A stretch of DNA of 64,000 bases, from positions 9,486,001 to 9,550,000 of the forward strand of contig CM060732.1 in NCBI GenBank assembly GCA_030704615.1, read 5' to 3'. Within the stretch, counting starts at the first letter, position 1, and every line of letters starts with the position of its first letter. Positions 1-12,531 of the stretch are shown here, one piece after another. Source of the stretch: Takakia lepidozioides. Taxonomy: Eukaryota; Plantae; Bryophyta. The translations under genes and the position numbers were made by a program. The notes below the pieces were generated by a model, which searched no databases, was not told the origin of the DNA, and was given only the letters and a program-made list of their open reading frames with translations.

Positions 1-1224
1 TACCTTAGCGATGACCCAGACTTCATCTACTCATGGGCTGACCCCTCCAATGACAAGACAATGTACACGGCTGGTATTGCCAGAGACTGGAGCAGGGCGC
101 ACTTCAGAGACTGTGGGTGGTACCTCGATCTGCCAAAACAGGACACACCATTCGATGAAGTTGTTTTGAGAAACCTTAACGACAACGCCGCGGCACTTGC
201 CCCACTGGCTGACAAAGACATTCAGGACATAATCATTGCTGCTCTGGCTGCAAAGAGCCTGAGAAATCTGCTACTCCAAAACGGAAGGGGAAGATTGTCG
301 GGGATCCGAAGGAGAAGGGGAAGAGTGCAGCTCCGCAGGATCAGGGCCCATCAGAGGTCGCTGAAAGACAGCCTTCTCCAACTAGGAGGGATAGGAGAAT
401 AGCAAAGTCAAGGGAGTAGCCTTTCGATGCGAGAGAACATCCATCCAGGGTTTTGGGCCAGTTCCATCGTAAGGTGGTGAATGAAAGTTTTCTGGCAATG
501 ATGGAATCCAGGAAGTCCACATTCAAAGGGGTGCCCTCGAAATCATGGGACATGCTTGTTTCGTTCCTCACTCAGGTAAGCACATATGTCTTAATTGTTG
601 TGTGAATAATTTTGTTTTGGCAACTTGTTCTGGCTTGTCGAGGGGATTGATTTCCTGTTGGATCTGGATTGGGCTTGTGACACTGTCTCCTGTTTTTTGT
701 TGTAGGTCACAAAAAGGCGGGATTGGGTGAATGGAGTTCAGCAGGCATACGCGACTGACCTTGTGGTGCTGGACATTCCTGACGGTTTCCCTGTCCCTGA
801 TGTGTTGCCTTCCAATTCGACCCCCACTTGGAAGAAATTGGATTCTCGTTACTAGCAGTGGGCTTTCTCATTCAGCAACAAATTCCTTTCTGACTCGGGG
901 GCTCTTCTTCTCATGCAGTCAAAGGTCATGTCGGCACGGAGAACTCTTTTCAGCTACATGAAAGCTTCCGGGTTTCGTGTCATCAAAACTTGGACATGCA
1001 TCAACACTCTGCCTCTTACGAAGGGCGAGTTCCCGGGGCAGAAAGTGAGTTGGTTCCTTTGAATTAAAGTTTCGTGGTTCTTCAGTATATATCAAAAGTT
1101 GGTTCGTGTCTTTTGCCTCATGCTCTCTTCGTGATTATTGACAGACTCGGGTGTTCGAAGCTTTGTGCCTGGTGAGGGTGCGTAAGGACACTCTTCCTCA
1201 TGGTATTGCTGAGTTCCTGTTGTA
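1..1224 (+). pseudogene. Spliced, decayed gene remnant with a possible N6A/N4C amino-methyltransferase-like region (probably transposon cargo)
   Basis: GT-AG introns at 576-705 and 1045-1144. The exon 706-1044 reads ...ATDLVVLDIPDGFP...RY*QWAFSFSNKFLSDSGALLLM..., resembling the DL(I/V)xxDPPY and LxxxG motifs of beta-class amino-MTases. In-frame TAG at 853-855. The gene appears truncated at a GGGG-started element at 1225. Confidence 0.4.
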
Positions 1225-1330
1225 GGGGAATGCTTGCGCGTGAGCCTGGTCGCGTGAGCCTGTGAGCCTGGCTAGGCTCACTGCAGGCCCTAATTCCGTG
1301 CCTCCCCCCCCCCCCCCCCCCCCTATTACC
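1225..1330 (+). mobile_element. Probable DNA transposon terminus (GGGG followed by GTGAGC subterminal repeats)
   Basis: GGGG at 1225-1228 followed by three GTGAGCC copies; same layout as the ends near 54109 and 60194. Confidence 0.35.
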
Positions 1331-2439
1331 GCGGATCGGTTGTCGCCTATGTCCTTATTTTTTGATCCCTCTTCATCGCCCCCACATGAATATTCTTTCC
1401 GACCGAGAACAATGGTAGGTTTGTGGATGGTTTAGGATTGAGGACATGATTTTTGAATGAGGAGATCGCCCGCTAGAGAATTGAATATTAACAGCAAACC
1501 CCTTCTTTTGCAAAGTAGTTCATTCATTCCAACCCACAAACACTTTTCAATGCCGGAATCTGAAGACCTACCCCAGGCAATCCCTAACTGTACTTACGGG
1601 AACGCACGAAGAACTTGAAAAACAGTTTGGGGATGGAAGCAAAACCAAAACATATTTTATTAAGTCTCGGTACTTGAACCTCAAGAACTATTGGAGGTTT
1701 CAAAGGAACTACTTCCAGAGTCTGCAGCAATATCATCTATGAACACAACAGCCCATCCGCGACGTTTTTTTTTTTCCGTGACCCCCATGGAGAGGCAAAT
1801 ACATTGTTTGTTGGGACAACATGCACTTACTCACATGAGAAATCGGAATCAACATCCAGCGCATCGGGCTCTTGCAGATTTGTTTTTTCCCATCTCATGT
1901 GGGGGGGAATATGAATATTGCCCGGGTATGTATATGAAATATTTAGTAGATTCAAGAAAATATTCAATAACATGAGAAAAAGAATTGACCTTCACAATGG
2001 ATCACAATTACAACACAATGCACATAGTTCATACACATTGCACATTGCTAAAATATACCATACCATACATGTATTTTTACACATTGCATATAAAGTAGAT
2101 GTCATAAATGCCAACATGCCCTTGAATTCCCTTGCCCTAACTCCACACATACACCTAATGTGCCTTTGGAGGCTCACATAGCAGCAATACTGGTATCAAT
2201 ACCAATCTTGTCCATTGCTATACCAGACGTGTATGGTATATACCATAGTATAGAGCAAGGTATATATTGCCTCTAGTATGGTATTGCCCGGGTATTGGCC
2301 ACCCTACCTACCACCCGGGTATGGTATTACCTACCCAGGTTGATATCAGTATTGATACCCGGGTTGGACCTATATACCGGTCCAACACTGGTTCACACAT
2401 GGTCGCTGGAAATTTGTGGAAAATAGCAAAGTGGGCCTT

Positions 2440-3100
2440 CTTGGAACAATGAATGGATATATTACTAAATAAATTCATGAAAAAAATCAATTGAATTTTT
2501 CAATAGTTTATTTCTTTGTTTTCAAGTGTTTTTTTCAACTCTTTACACATGAAGTTGGCTTTCCGAGGACAATGATTGGATATCTGTATTAGTAGGGGTG
2601 CACCGGCTTCTTCTCATGATTTTTGGACCTGCGGGGTGGGAGATATGGAATTTCAAGTACTTTTGGTCCCTGCAAATTCCAAGAAAATAGCTTTCATGGA
2701 ACAATGAATGGATATATTACTAAATAAATTCATGGAAAAAAAAAAAATGGTGTTTCCAATATATGAAGCAAGTAGTTTATTCGTTTGTTTTCAAGTGTTT
2801 TTTTCAACTCTTCACACAAGTGGATTTTCCTCGGACAATGTTTGGATACCTAAATAGCTTTCGTAGAACAATGAATGGATATATTACTAAATAAATTCAT
2901 GGAAAAAATTAAACTGGTTTTTCTAATATATGAAGCAAGTAGTTTATTTGTTTGTTTTCAAGTGTTTTTTCCAACTCTTCACACAAGAAGTGGATTTTCC
3001 TCGGACAATGATTGTATATCTAAAAGCTTTCGTAGAACACTGAATGGATATATTACTAAATAAATTCATGGAAAAAAAAAACATTTTTTCAATATATGAA
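2440..3100. repeat. Degenerate AT-rich tandem repeat, about 170-bp unit, 4 copies
   Basis: TGAATGGATATATTACTAAATAAATTCATG recurs at about 2450, 2705, 2872 and 3041. Confidence 0.8.
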
Positions 3101-3105
3101 TCAAC

Positions 3106-3233
3106 TAATTTGTGGAGGGCTATCTCTAGTACCCCCCAATGCCCGAAAATAGAGATAGCACCTTCATGCCATCTGGGTAGAGTTGTCGTAGCACTGAGAA
3201 GTGAAATGCAACTGTGTACACAGATAAGCTTTG
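3106..3233 (-). pseudogene. DRM: Fragment of a DRM-type (domains-rearranged) cytosine methyltransferase, motif X to motif I junction
   Basis: Translates QSLSVYTVAFHFSVLRQLYPDGMKVLSLFSGIGG, then frameshifts into LEIALHKL. This matches the DRM pattern NSFQVDTVAYHLSVLK..FP.G.NVLSLF.GIGG.EVALHRL. Confidence 0.8.
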
Positions 3234-4444
3234 AACGATGGCTGCCCACATCGAAGGCAGGAAGCGCTTCAAATCATCCACCAACAGCACGTGACGTCCG
3301 ACGTGATGCACATTTGGATGGGACCACTCTTCAACCTCCATTGGAGGCTCCATAGAGCCCAATTGGAGAAAGTAATCAGCAACTGGTAGTGTGCGGAGGC
3401 AAGGCTTGGTCGATATATGTGGATGGGACCAGCCGTCAACCTCCATTGGAGGCTCCACAGAGACTAACTTGTTCATCTGCATAGGGGTCTTTGGATGTGA
3501 TGTTGCTTTCTGTGGGCGCTTCTATCATCTAAATGCTTGGCCAGAAAGCTGACTCCAGCGTCTGAACGAACAGCACTAGCAGAGCGCATTAATCAAGGTG
3601 TAGACACATTGTGCTGCCCGTTGCATACATGCAAGAAATGTGGAAATGCAGAGAACAAATAAATTGAGAATATGTAGCTTCTTCTTCTTCATCATTCTTC
3701 CTTAGCATTGGTTGAGGAGTTAAGCTAGAAACTGTTTTGATGGTATAGCTTCTCGACTGGTGCACTTTCGCTTAGTTTCTTCAAGAGTGCTCACTTTTGG
3801 GATTTCCATAATTGGAGGTCTTGTAGAGGTTGGAGGTCTTCCAATGTTGGAGGTATTTTGTAGAGGTTGTGATGGACGTTGCCCGTCTGGTAGGGATGTG
3901 ATCTCTGAAGTTGCAATCTATTTTAGGGCAGTCTCCAAAGCGCGAGCATCTAGATAACAACGGCAATCGGGCCGAGTATACTTTAACTGATGGAATCCGT
4001 TTGAACAGTGATAAAATGATTGGGGGTTCTAATGCAAGCATTGAAAACTCGTCACCGCTCACAATGCTTCACCTTCTGCATCTTCACTGCCCGGACATTG
4101 CCCTATAAATTGTCGGTGTTCTTCTGGCTACAAATGACGCTCATCAAATCATCAAATCATCAAATTGTTTCTGGAGGAACAATCAATACAACTAGCTTTG
4201 GCATGAAACCCAATACGTGTATGATGAAACGATTAACAAGCAATCCATCAACTCCACGAGTATACCACGATTTAATTTCTACCTTGAGTTCTTTGTACAC
4301 AGATCCATGGTTCTTTACAAACACAATGGCATCAAATAGTTGTTGGTGTGTCGGACTGCACCCAACTTTCAATCTCACATTGGTTAGCATCCACTCAATG
4401 TTTGGAGACAAAGTTGTCCAAGAACTCATTGTCCATCGTGAGAA

Positions 4445-5190
4445 AAAAGAATCGGCCGTCAATTGTGCGGTCACTTCATTTTCTTTTTATAATTTTTTTT
4501 TAAATTTTGTTTTTCAAAAAAACCTAATCGCCACGCGTCCCGTATTCTCACATAGCAGGAGTTTTTGAAATATTTATCTTATTTTTATTTTCCTTCCATT
4601 TTTGAAAGGAGCGTCGTCCAAACGATGGGCGCGCTACGCTCAGGCTATTTTCTCAGCATTGCATGAGTTTTTTAAATTAAGAGAGAGAAGACTCCGGCCG
4701 TAGCCGGCATACTAAGAGCCACTTCGCCTTGCGGCTCTTGCCCCTTTTCAGGGGTGGGCCCTGTTTTTTAAATTAAAAAAAGAAGTGGCCGTCAATGGTG
4801 CGGTCACTTTATTTTCTTTTTATAAAAAAGATTTTATTTTTTATTTTTTTCAAAAAAAAAATCGACCTCTGACCTGGACACACACGTCTGTATTCTCACA
4901 TTGCAGTAGTTTTTGAAATATTTATCTTATTTTCATTTTATTTTCATTTTTGAAAAGAGCGTCCAACCGATGGACACGCTACGCTCAGGCTATTTTCTCA
5001 CCATTGCATGAGTTTTTTAAATTAAAAAAGAAGCGGCCATCAATTGTGCGGTCACTTTCTTTTCTTTTTATAAGAAAGAAAATGTTTTTTCTAATTTTAT
5101 TTTAAAAAAATCGACCTCTGACCAAGACGCGCGCGTCCTGTATTCTCACATTGCAAGAGCTTTTGAAATTAAAAAAAGAAATGACCGTCA
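4445..5190. repeat. AT-rich tandem repeat, about 250-bp unit, 3 copies; inverted core motif at about 10380 and 11040
   Basis: GGCC(G/A)TCAAT(T/G)GTGCGGTCACTT at about 4454, 4787 and 5035; TATTCTCACAT also recurs; reverse-complement AAGTGACCGCACAATTGA at about 10387 and 11048. Confidence 0.75.
4681..4762. mobile_element. 82-bp GC-rich multi-hairpin insertion flanked by a 14-bp direct repeat; second copy at about 9453-9533
   Basis: GTTTTTTAAATTAA at 4667-4680 and 4763-4776; the paralogous repeat unit at about 5012 shows the empty site. Confidence 0.65.
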
Positions 5191-6812
5191 AGGATGGTGT
5201 TTTTCTGTGATAGTTCTGTGCGCTACATGCCCTTGTGAACTGTATAAACCGCACGCTTTGCTTATCACTAATCCCTCCCACTTACTCCTAACCATACTGA
5301 TGTTTACACTACAAACCTCACTAATCTACGGCCAACTCACTAATCAGGCTGCCGGTAGGGCTGCTAATTCGCAATTAGCAGAATAATTATCTGGACAGCT
5401 TAGCGAAAAACGTACTAAATAAAAGATTACAAAATAATAATAGGCAATAACTAATTGAATGAACTATCAAATACGTTCACAAGTTGTCATCTTGGAGACG
5501 TCTTTTATTATTTTCCCTGCAATATTTATTGTCCTCCTTTACCCGAACTCTAATCGCCTCCAATTGCTTTAGACAAGACTCGGCGAGGCATCGTAGTCGT
5601 TGCACTCTTGTGCAGCTTCCAAACTCACTAGTTCAATTTCAGTCTAATTATATGTTATGATGTAGATATGTTTTGAATCGGCCTATCTGATTCTAACAAG
5701 GAGCCATCCAATCTTCGCCTTACTGTTTGTCTAGGAGCTTCTCGCAGAGTTCGTGCAACAACATGTCAATAAGTTCAAAGAAAGAGTCACCCTTCAAGAC
5801 CCCTGTGGCCGACTATGGCTGGTCTGTGCGCTCATTCATTTTGCGTATCGTCCACCCAGCCTGGTTGTAGGTGAAATGCATTGCGTGTCTCATAAATTGC
5901 AACTGTCGTCTTGGTTGCATTAGCCCCAGCATTCATAATGCCCATACATAGAAGCTCATTTGCATGTACAAGAAGACTAAGTAGAGAATATCAAATATTT
6001 CGTAACTTTCCGGCCTTTGGAACCCACCTCCACCTTAAGCAAGCCGGCCTCATGCTTGAAGTGGTAGGGCGCCCGGAAGCAGAAAAGTGAGAGATCCGTA
6101 AACTCTAGCAGTTCATCCATTTTCCTGGAACCAAACCAAATGTCGGACGTCAAACATCACGTCCAAACGTGAATTGAAAGCCTTGGCTCTTTGGTGCAAG
6201 ATTTGGCTTCACATTAAAATGTTGGACTGAGCAAGTGGAAGCTGGCAGCCTAGCTTCTTGTGGCAGGCCCCTAGCCAGCTTTCTTTCGTAATCCTTTCGG
6301 CACCAAATATATAGGGGTGGAGGGATGGTGTTCTTATGTTATAGTTCCTCATTGGTTGTTTCGTCCACCCAACAATATTCAACACAACAAACAATCAACA
6401 CAACCAGCTTTGGTCGTGAAACCAACCGATGCGCACATGCTCAGGTAGGATGGAAGAGCTTTGTAGGGGCTGAAACAAGCACATAACAAATTTATGTTGG
6501 TGCGCGGGGTTCCTGAAATGTGTCATTGGGATGCAGCTCGACAGCTACAAGGTGGAAGCCCAGGTGGTGGGGTTATCTAGATTACCCTTACTTCGAACCC
6601 AGTGGACATGGGATCTTCATGCAAACCAAGAGGCGATGATCACTGGAGCCATGGTGCTGTTGGAGATGATGACGGCCGACACGATGAGCTGTATTATGTG
6701 AATTACGAGTATGTGGAAGTGGATGTGGACGCTACAAACGGACATTGCGTTTTGTAATGAGTGTGACTCCCAACGAATTATGTTATATTTATGAGGAGAT
6801 TCTTGTCTTGCC

Positions 6813-8221
6813 GTGTTTGAAGATACAAGGAAAGCCTTCCGCATACTGTCGATGACATCTTTGACATTATGGAGTTCAATGGGTACAGCAAACCCACTTT
6901 CAATTTGGAGCCTATTTCCAACTCTGTGGAAGGAAGAGGGGGATGTAACAAGCAAAGAGCAAGTTTTGCCAAATAAGTCCAAGAGGCTGAAGCTTTCCGC
7001 CACATTGGTAGAGCAAGCACATGCCTTTGTATAGAAGAACACCCCGTGTATAGTGGAGTGGGAGGCAAGACATGCGAATGAGAATGCACGGCGGTTGGAG
7101 GCGAATCACACTTGGAGACGCACACATGGACGGGATCAGGCGCGTGCATCACGAGGGCAAGGCCCCGGGCGAGGGCCGGTTTCCGCTTTGCCTTCTGATT
7201 TGTAGCAATTGAGACCCTTCCGTCATTGGCTTTGGAGTGCAGTTGAGCATGCAATGAACAACGATGAGGTGGTGTCACCCTTGGTGCGCGAGCTAGCGAG
7301 GGGGCCATCCCAATATGCTCTTTTGTTCATGACCTCAATGTGGGTTCATGGTCGCCATTTCCGCATCCGCTCTCTTGACATGCGCCGGAAGACCACTTTT
7401 GACTCCGGTTTGTGTGCAACATATGGCAAGATTCCGTGTCAAGCAAAAGGGACACTCGACCCGAAAGAAGCAAGCTTGAATATATTGGGGAGCTTGATGC
7501 CATTTTGCAACTTCAGTATGATGAGTATCGACCTATTATTTTCAAGGGGAGGTGGTTCCGATCCAACACTGTAGGGGCAAATGCAACACTACGACAAGAT
7601 GAATGTGGCTTCATGCGAGTCAATGCGGATAGGATCCTTCCCTGTAGTCGCATCACTGATGAGCCGTTTGTATGGCCTTCCGATATGGAGCAAGTCTTCT
7701 TTTCTGCGGATAATACTAGATCGGGCAATTGGAAGGTGGTTGTGCATGCTCGGCCAAGAGAAAGGCGCATTTATCATGGCGAGGGTTCTAAGTGGGGTAC
7801 GGAAGATGGAGACCCACGAGATCACGAAGAGGAGAGGGAAGAGGCCGTGCAAGAGGAAGAGGAGGCCAAGGATGAGGGTGGAGATGATGATGCATGGGTG
7901 GAGGCAATTGAGGAACAACTGGCCTCCAACACTAACGTTGGAGATCGTAAAGTAAACATTGAGGTGGGCATTGAAGAGGAGGATGACGAGGAGGCGTCTG
8001 AAGATGAGGAAGAGGACGATAATGAAGAACATGAAGAACATGATCCTCATCCTATGGTTCAGCCGGTGCATGAGCCATATCATGGGTATACGGATAATGA
8101 TTCACCGTGTGATGAGGCTTCAGATAGGGAGGACATTAATGTTGATGATGATCATGAGTACGCTAGAGAAGATTTGGAGCTTGACAATGAAGATGACCCT
8201 CCCGATGATATTCCGGAGTAG
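6813..8221 (+). pseudogene. CACTA/En-Spm transposase C-terminal part (DUF4216-like) with acidic tail, frameshifted
   Basis: WVHGRHFR..TTFDSGL, YIGELDAILQLQY, IFKGRWF, DECGFMRVN, DEPFVWPSDMEQVFF..D....WKVV are typical of CACTA TnpD/Tnp2 C-termini. Confidence 0.85.
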
Positions 8222-8469
8222 TAGTATCCGTGTGTGCTAGTAGGACTAGTATTAGCACTGAGTTAATTGCATCCTACAAGTTCTCGCTGGATGCTTGGGA
8301 CCTTAGGATACAACATAAGTGGGATGTATATGACAGACGTAAGGTTGTTTTGAGACCGGGATCGCGTAGAGGGGCATAGTAGATATTCTCTTGATGTAGT
8401 TTGTATACATTAACCGATTAACTGATTGATGGATATCTTTCTTCTTGTTGCTCATCTTTAATAAAACAA

Positions 8470-8770
8470 AGTTTCAAAGTTTCAAAGCAAACAAAAATCA
8501 TTTGGATGGGCAACCATCCGTTGGCCCATTGAATGAATTTTGATTGATCTCATTTTTGTCCGGGACATGTCGGATGGTATGCAGAACATACCTACAAAGT
8601 TTCAAAGCAAAAAAAAAATCATTTGGATGGGCGACGATTTGATCGTCTTTTGAATAAATTTTGATTGATGTCATATTTGTCTGGGACCTATCAAATAGTA
8701 TTCTGAACATACTGACAAAGTTTAAAAGTAAACAAAAATCATTTGGATGGTCAACTGTTCGTTCGCCCTT
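8470..8770. repeat. About 120-bp tandem repeat, 2.5-3 copies
   Basis: AAAATCATTTGGATGG, with TTTGG at 8501, 8622 and 8742. Confidence 0.75.
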
Positions 8771-9639
8771 TGAATGGACATATACATGTTGTGGAGACGG
8801 AAAGCTGCTCACCTGCACATGATTTTTTTTTAACTCCATTTTTCAACCATATACTTAATGACAACATATGCAATGTGCGTGCAAAATTTGGGAGTGAACA
8901 AAAGTCATATGCACCCAAAACCATAATTTCTACCCTTATTTGCACTCCAAAGTTGATTTGAATTCAACTTCATGCACTCTTCATAGAGAGTTCTGCAATA
9001 ATGACCCAAGATTTTATTTATTATTTTTATTCATTTTTATTTATTATTTTGGTTTGGTCCGAATTTTTGCATGGATGTAGTAGTGTGGGGTTTGAATTTA
9101 CAAAACAAAATTGAGCAAAAATAAAAATCAGTGTGTAGCAAAAACCTGCAATCATAGTCATTCTAAATCCAATTTTTGTATTTAAAAGTCATTAAAATCC
9201 GATTTAATTCAAAATTGGTTGACGAGTGAGTGCGTTGTTGGGGAGACAATTTTTTTTTTTTTTTCTATTGAATCTTTGCACATGTGTTACACATATATTC
9301 AAGCATATGCGGGCAAAAGTTGAGCTTGAACCACATCCGTTCATGGGTGCAATAGCCGTTTACCCACGAGAGGATTTTTTCTTACAATGAACAAAATTGG
9401 ATGATAGGGTGAACTTGTCCTTGGGGGGCAAATGAATTTGTTTTGTTTTGAAAGAGAAGACTCCGGTCGAGGCCGGCATAACTAAGAGCCACTACGCCAT
9501 GCGGCTACTGCCCCTTTTTCAGGGGTGGCCCTTGTAATAAAGTAAAGTTTCAAAGGTAGATTCGTTTTTATTATTTAGGCGCCTCACCTAGGTAATTTCC
9601 AAACATTAGGCAAGTATTACAGTTGACCCTGGATAATAA

Positions 9640-9955
9640 CGAACAATTATTTTTTACCTCCCTCAAAAACTATTGTTGAGGTAATTTTCTTGTAAAGAAA
9701 CATAATGGTCTTGAAAATAGATATTACCTCAACAATTGTTTATGACCTCCCTAAAAACTATTGTTGAGGTAATTTTCTTGTAAAGAAACATAATGGTCTT
9801 GAAAATAGATATTATCTCAACAATTGTTTATGACCTCCCTAAAAACTATTGTTGAGGTATTTTTCTTGTAAAGAAACATAATGGTATTGAAAATTGATAT
9901 TATCTCAACATTATTTTTTACCTCTCTCAAAAACTATTGTTGAGGTAATTTTCTC
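9640..9955. repeat. 88-bp tandem repeat, about 3.5 copies, with internal inverted repeat
   Basis: TATTGTTGAGG at 9671, 9759, 9847 and 9935; units contain TTGTTGAGGTAAT...ATTA(C/T)CTCAACA. Confidence 0.9.
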
Positions 9956-10174
9956 TTTAAAAAAATATAATGCTTGATATGTGATTGAGAGCATGAGCCG
10001 ATGTCTTGCAAACATGCATATCGAGGATGATGATGTTCATGACCTTAACATTCTCTCAGATTCAGAAGATTCACATGAGATAGGTGATGAGAGTTATGAA
10101 GATGTAGTTGCATGAATGCAGGGCCCTTTCGAAGTTGTGTGGACATGAAATTATAAATTGCAGGCACATTTTCC

Positions 10175-11112
10175 ATTTTTTGGACTTTAAATAATACAAT
10201 TTAGACATTTGTTTTTCACAATTTTCGAGCAATTAGGCACTTCTCACAAAAAAATTCCAAGTTTTAGGCACATTTTCCAAAATTTCTCCAAAATTTAATT
10301 AGGCACTTGATTTTGAATTAATTATTGCCTAATAAGCTAGGTCAGTACGGTAGCGGCCGCTTCATAGTTTTTTTTTAAAGAAAATAAAGTGACCGCACAA
10401 TTGACGGTCGTTTCTTTTTAAATTTAAAAAATATTAAGCGACCGCCACACTGGTGGTAGTTTGTATTTTTAATTTCATAAATATAAAGCCATACTGACAG
10501 TCGCTTGTATTATTAATCTCATAAATATAAAGCCATATTGGCGGTCGATTTTTTTCTCATTTTAAAAATTTGAAGCGACGGTCATATTGGTGGTCGTTTG
10601 ATTTATATTTAAAAACAATATGAAGTGAAGATTGGAGGGCTCATTGTCAAAATCAGATAGGGCGATTCAAAACATACCTACATCATAGCATATGATTAGC
10701 AAAAATGCACAATCATAGATCTAAATCCAATTATTTACTTGAAATTTATTTAAATTCGATTTAATTCAAAATTGGTTCAAGGGTGAGTGCGTCGTTGGGG
10801 AGGCAAATGTTTTTGGACTTTAAGCTTTCTTTGGACTTTATATAATACAATTTAGACATTGTTACATTTTGGTGTTTTTCACAATTTTTGAACAATTAGG
10901 CACTTCTCAGGAAAATTTTCCAAGTTTTAGGCACATTTTCCAAAAATATTCTAAATTTAATTAGGCACTTGATTTTGAATTAATTATTGCCTAATAAGCG
11001 AGGTTAGTACGGTAGCGGCCGCTTCATAGTTCTATAAAACGAAAATAAAGTGACCGCACAATTGATGGTCTTTTTTTTTAAAAACAATTAAGCAACCGCC
11101 ATACTGGAGGTC
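10175..11112. repeat. Direct duplication of an about 280-bp block (about 10175-10460 and 10830-11112)
   Basis: Shared TTGGACTTTA..TAATACAATTTAGACATTG...AGTACGGTAGCGGCCGCTTCATAGTT...AAAGTGACCGCACAATTGA. Confidence 0.8.
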
Positions 11113-11129
11113 GCAAAGATATAGGGGTC

Positions 11130-12437
11130 ACGTTCACCAGGCCTACAGTTTGCATTGCCACACCAGCCTCATGGTGCCCACACCAAGATGATCACCTCTC
11201 AGCTTTTTTTTCCCCCCTGGTTAAGTTTGCCAGTACACGAAGAAGTGACGAGCACACATTCTTCTCAATATGCATGGGATCAAGGAGGTGCCGGATTTTC
11301 AGATCTTGCGCATCACGAAATTTCCATATAATTTGTCATAAACCCTAAACTCGATGCAATTTCATATGAGAAATTTGAGGACATTCAAGGGAATCATCTG
11401 TATGGAGGGATGCATTTTGGACTTGTACCTCCCAATAAGGTGGAGGTCTCCTCTCCACGGTTCCATCAAATAATTTCTTGCCTCTCGTTCTCCATGGATG
11501 GTCGAGAGGTAGAAATTTCCGGTAGTTGGGATAGATCATTTTCCCGACATTCTTCGAATGCTTTGCATCAAGGTTATCCAGCCCACAACATGAACATCCT
11601 ACATATCCCTTTGTGCTTAGTCCCAAACAAACTGAAAGCCCTACACAAAACCATGAATTTAGTTGGGATTTAACATTATGCGCCTCGTATTTCAATAAAC
11701 CTTGTAAACATGAATTGCTAAAGGAAAATCATGACGAGTACATACAAACACATGGTATACAGAAGAAATATTAATCATATAGATAATATCAAATTAAGTT
11801 GTACCTGGATAGTCATGCATTGTCCATAGCAAAAGCCCTCGCAAGAGAAAAGAACGTCGGCCAGTGGGTGCCGATGCATCATAGGCTGGAACTCCATTCC
11901 ATAAAAGCTTCAATTCGTCAACCAATGGACGCATATACACATCCATGTCCTTCACTTGTTTTTTCCATACAACACAAGTTATTTACAATACATATCAGAT
12001 TGTTTCAAATACAAACAAAACAAATCATCTTGGTTACATATATATTCGACATTGTACTACCACGTACATCGTAAAGCAACAAGAAAGAGTTGTGTTATTT
12101 CACCCGGCACAATGGCAGCCAACATAATATGACTCTTCTTGACAAGATAGGGAGGGATGTTGTAATTAACCAGTGTCAAAGGCAAAGTTGAATAGCTATT
12201 GGACTGGACTGAGAATGGATTGACACCATCCATAGACAAGCCGAGACGGACATGTCTAGGATCTTCCTTCAGAAAAGGCCGTTTCTCCTCGGTGTGTTTC
12301 CATGCTTGAGAATCATGGGGGCCACACACCTTTCCCGGGGGGCTTCGATGTGTCACATAACACTTCATGAGTTGTACGAAGGATGGACTTCAAAATTGTG
12401 CTTTCAAGCGTGGGATGATTGGAAAATAATGCATTTT
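11130..12437 (-). pseudogene. CACTA transposase (Transposase_21/Tnp2 core), downstream exons
   Basis: KMHYFPIIPRL, HDSQAWKH, DPRHVRLGLSMDGVNPF, YNIPP, KGYVGCSCC, YRKFLPLDHPWR, DLKIRHLLDPMHIEKNVC; has introns, stops and frameshifts. Confidence 0.92.
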
Positions 12438-12531
12438 CTAACCCCACCCATGAGCAATATGACAAAATCAACTTCATGTTTATATTTCCATATACTCTCA
12501 TATTACACATACATACATATGAATTGCACAA

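Noticed and set aside
3760-4568. Host gene in ORFs 3781-4062 and 4160-4474
   Set aside because: No recognisable motif; it might be coding upstream of the DRM fragment, but I cannot support a call.
4681-4762. Hammerhead ribozyme (minus strand GAG-CCGCAAGG-CGAA)
   Set aside because: The CUGANGA and GAAA core is absent and the resemblance is not conserved in the second copy.
6813-12437. One CACTA element containing both transposase fragments
   Set aside because: The fragments are on opposite strands and convergent, so they are probably separate insertions.
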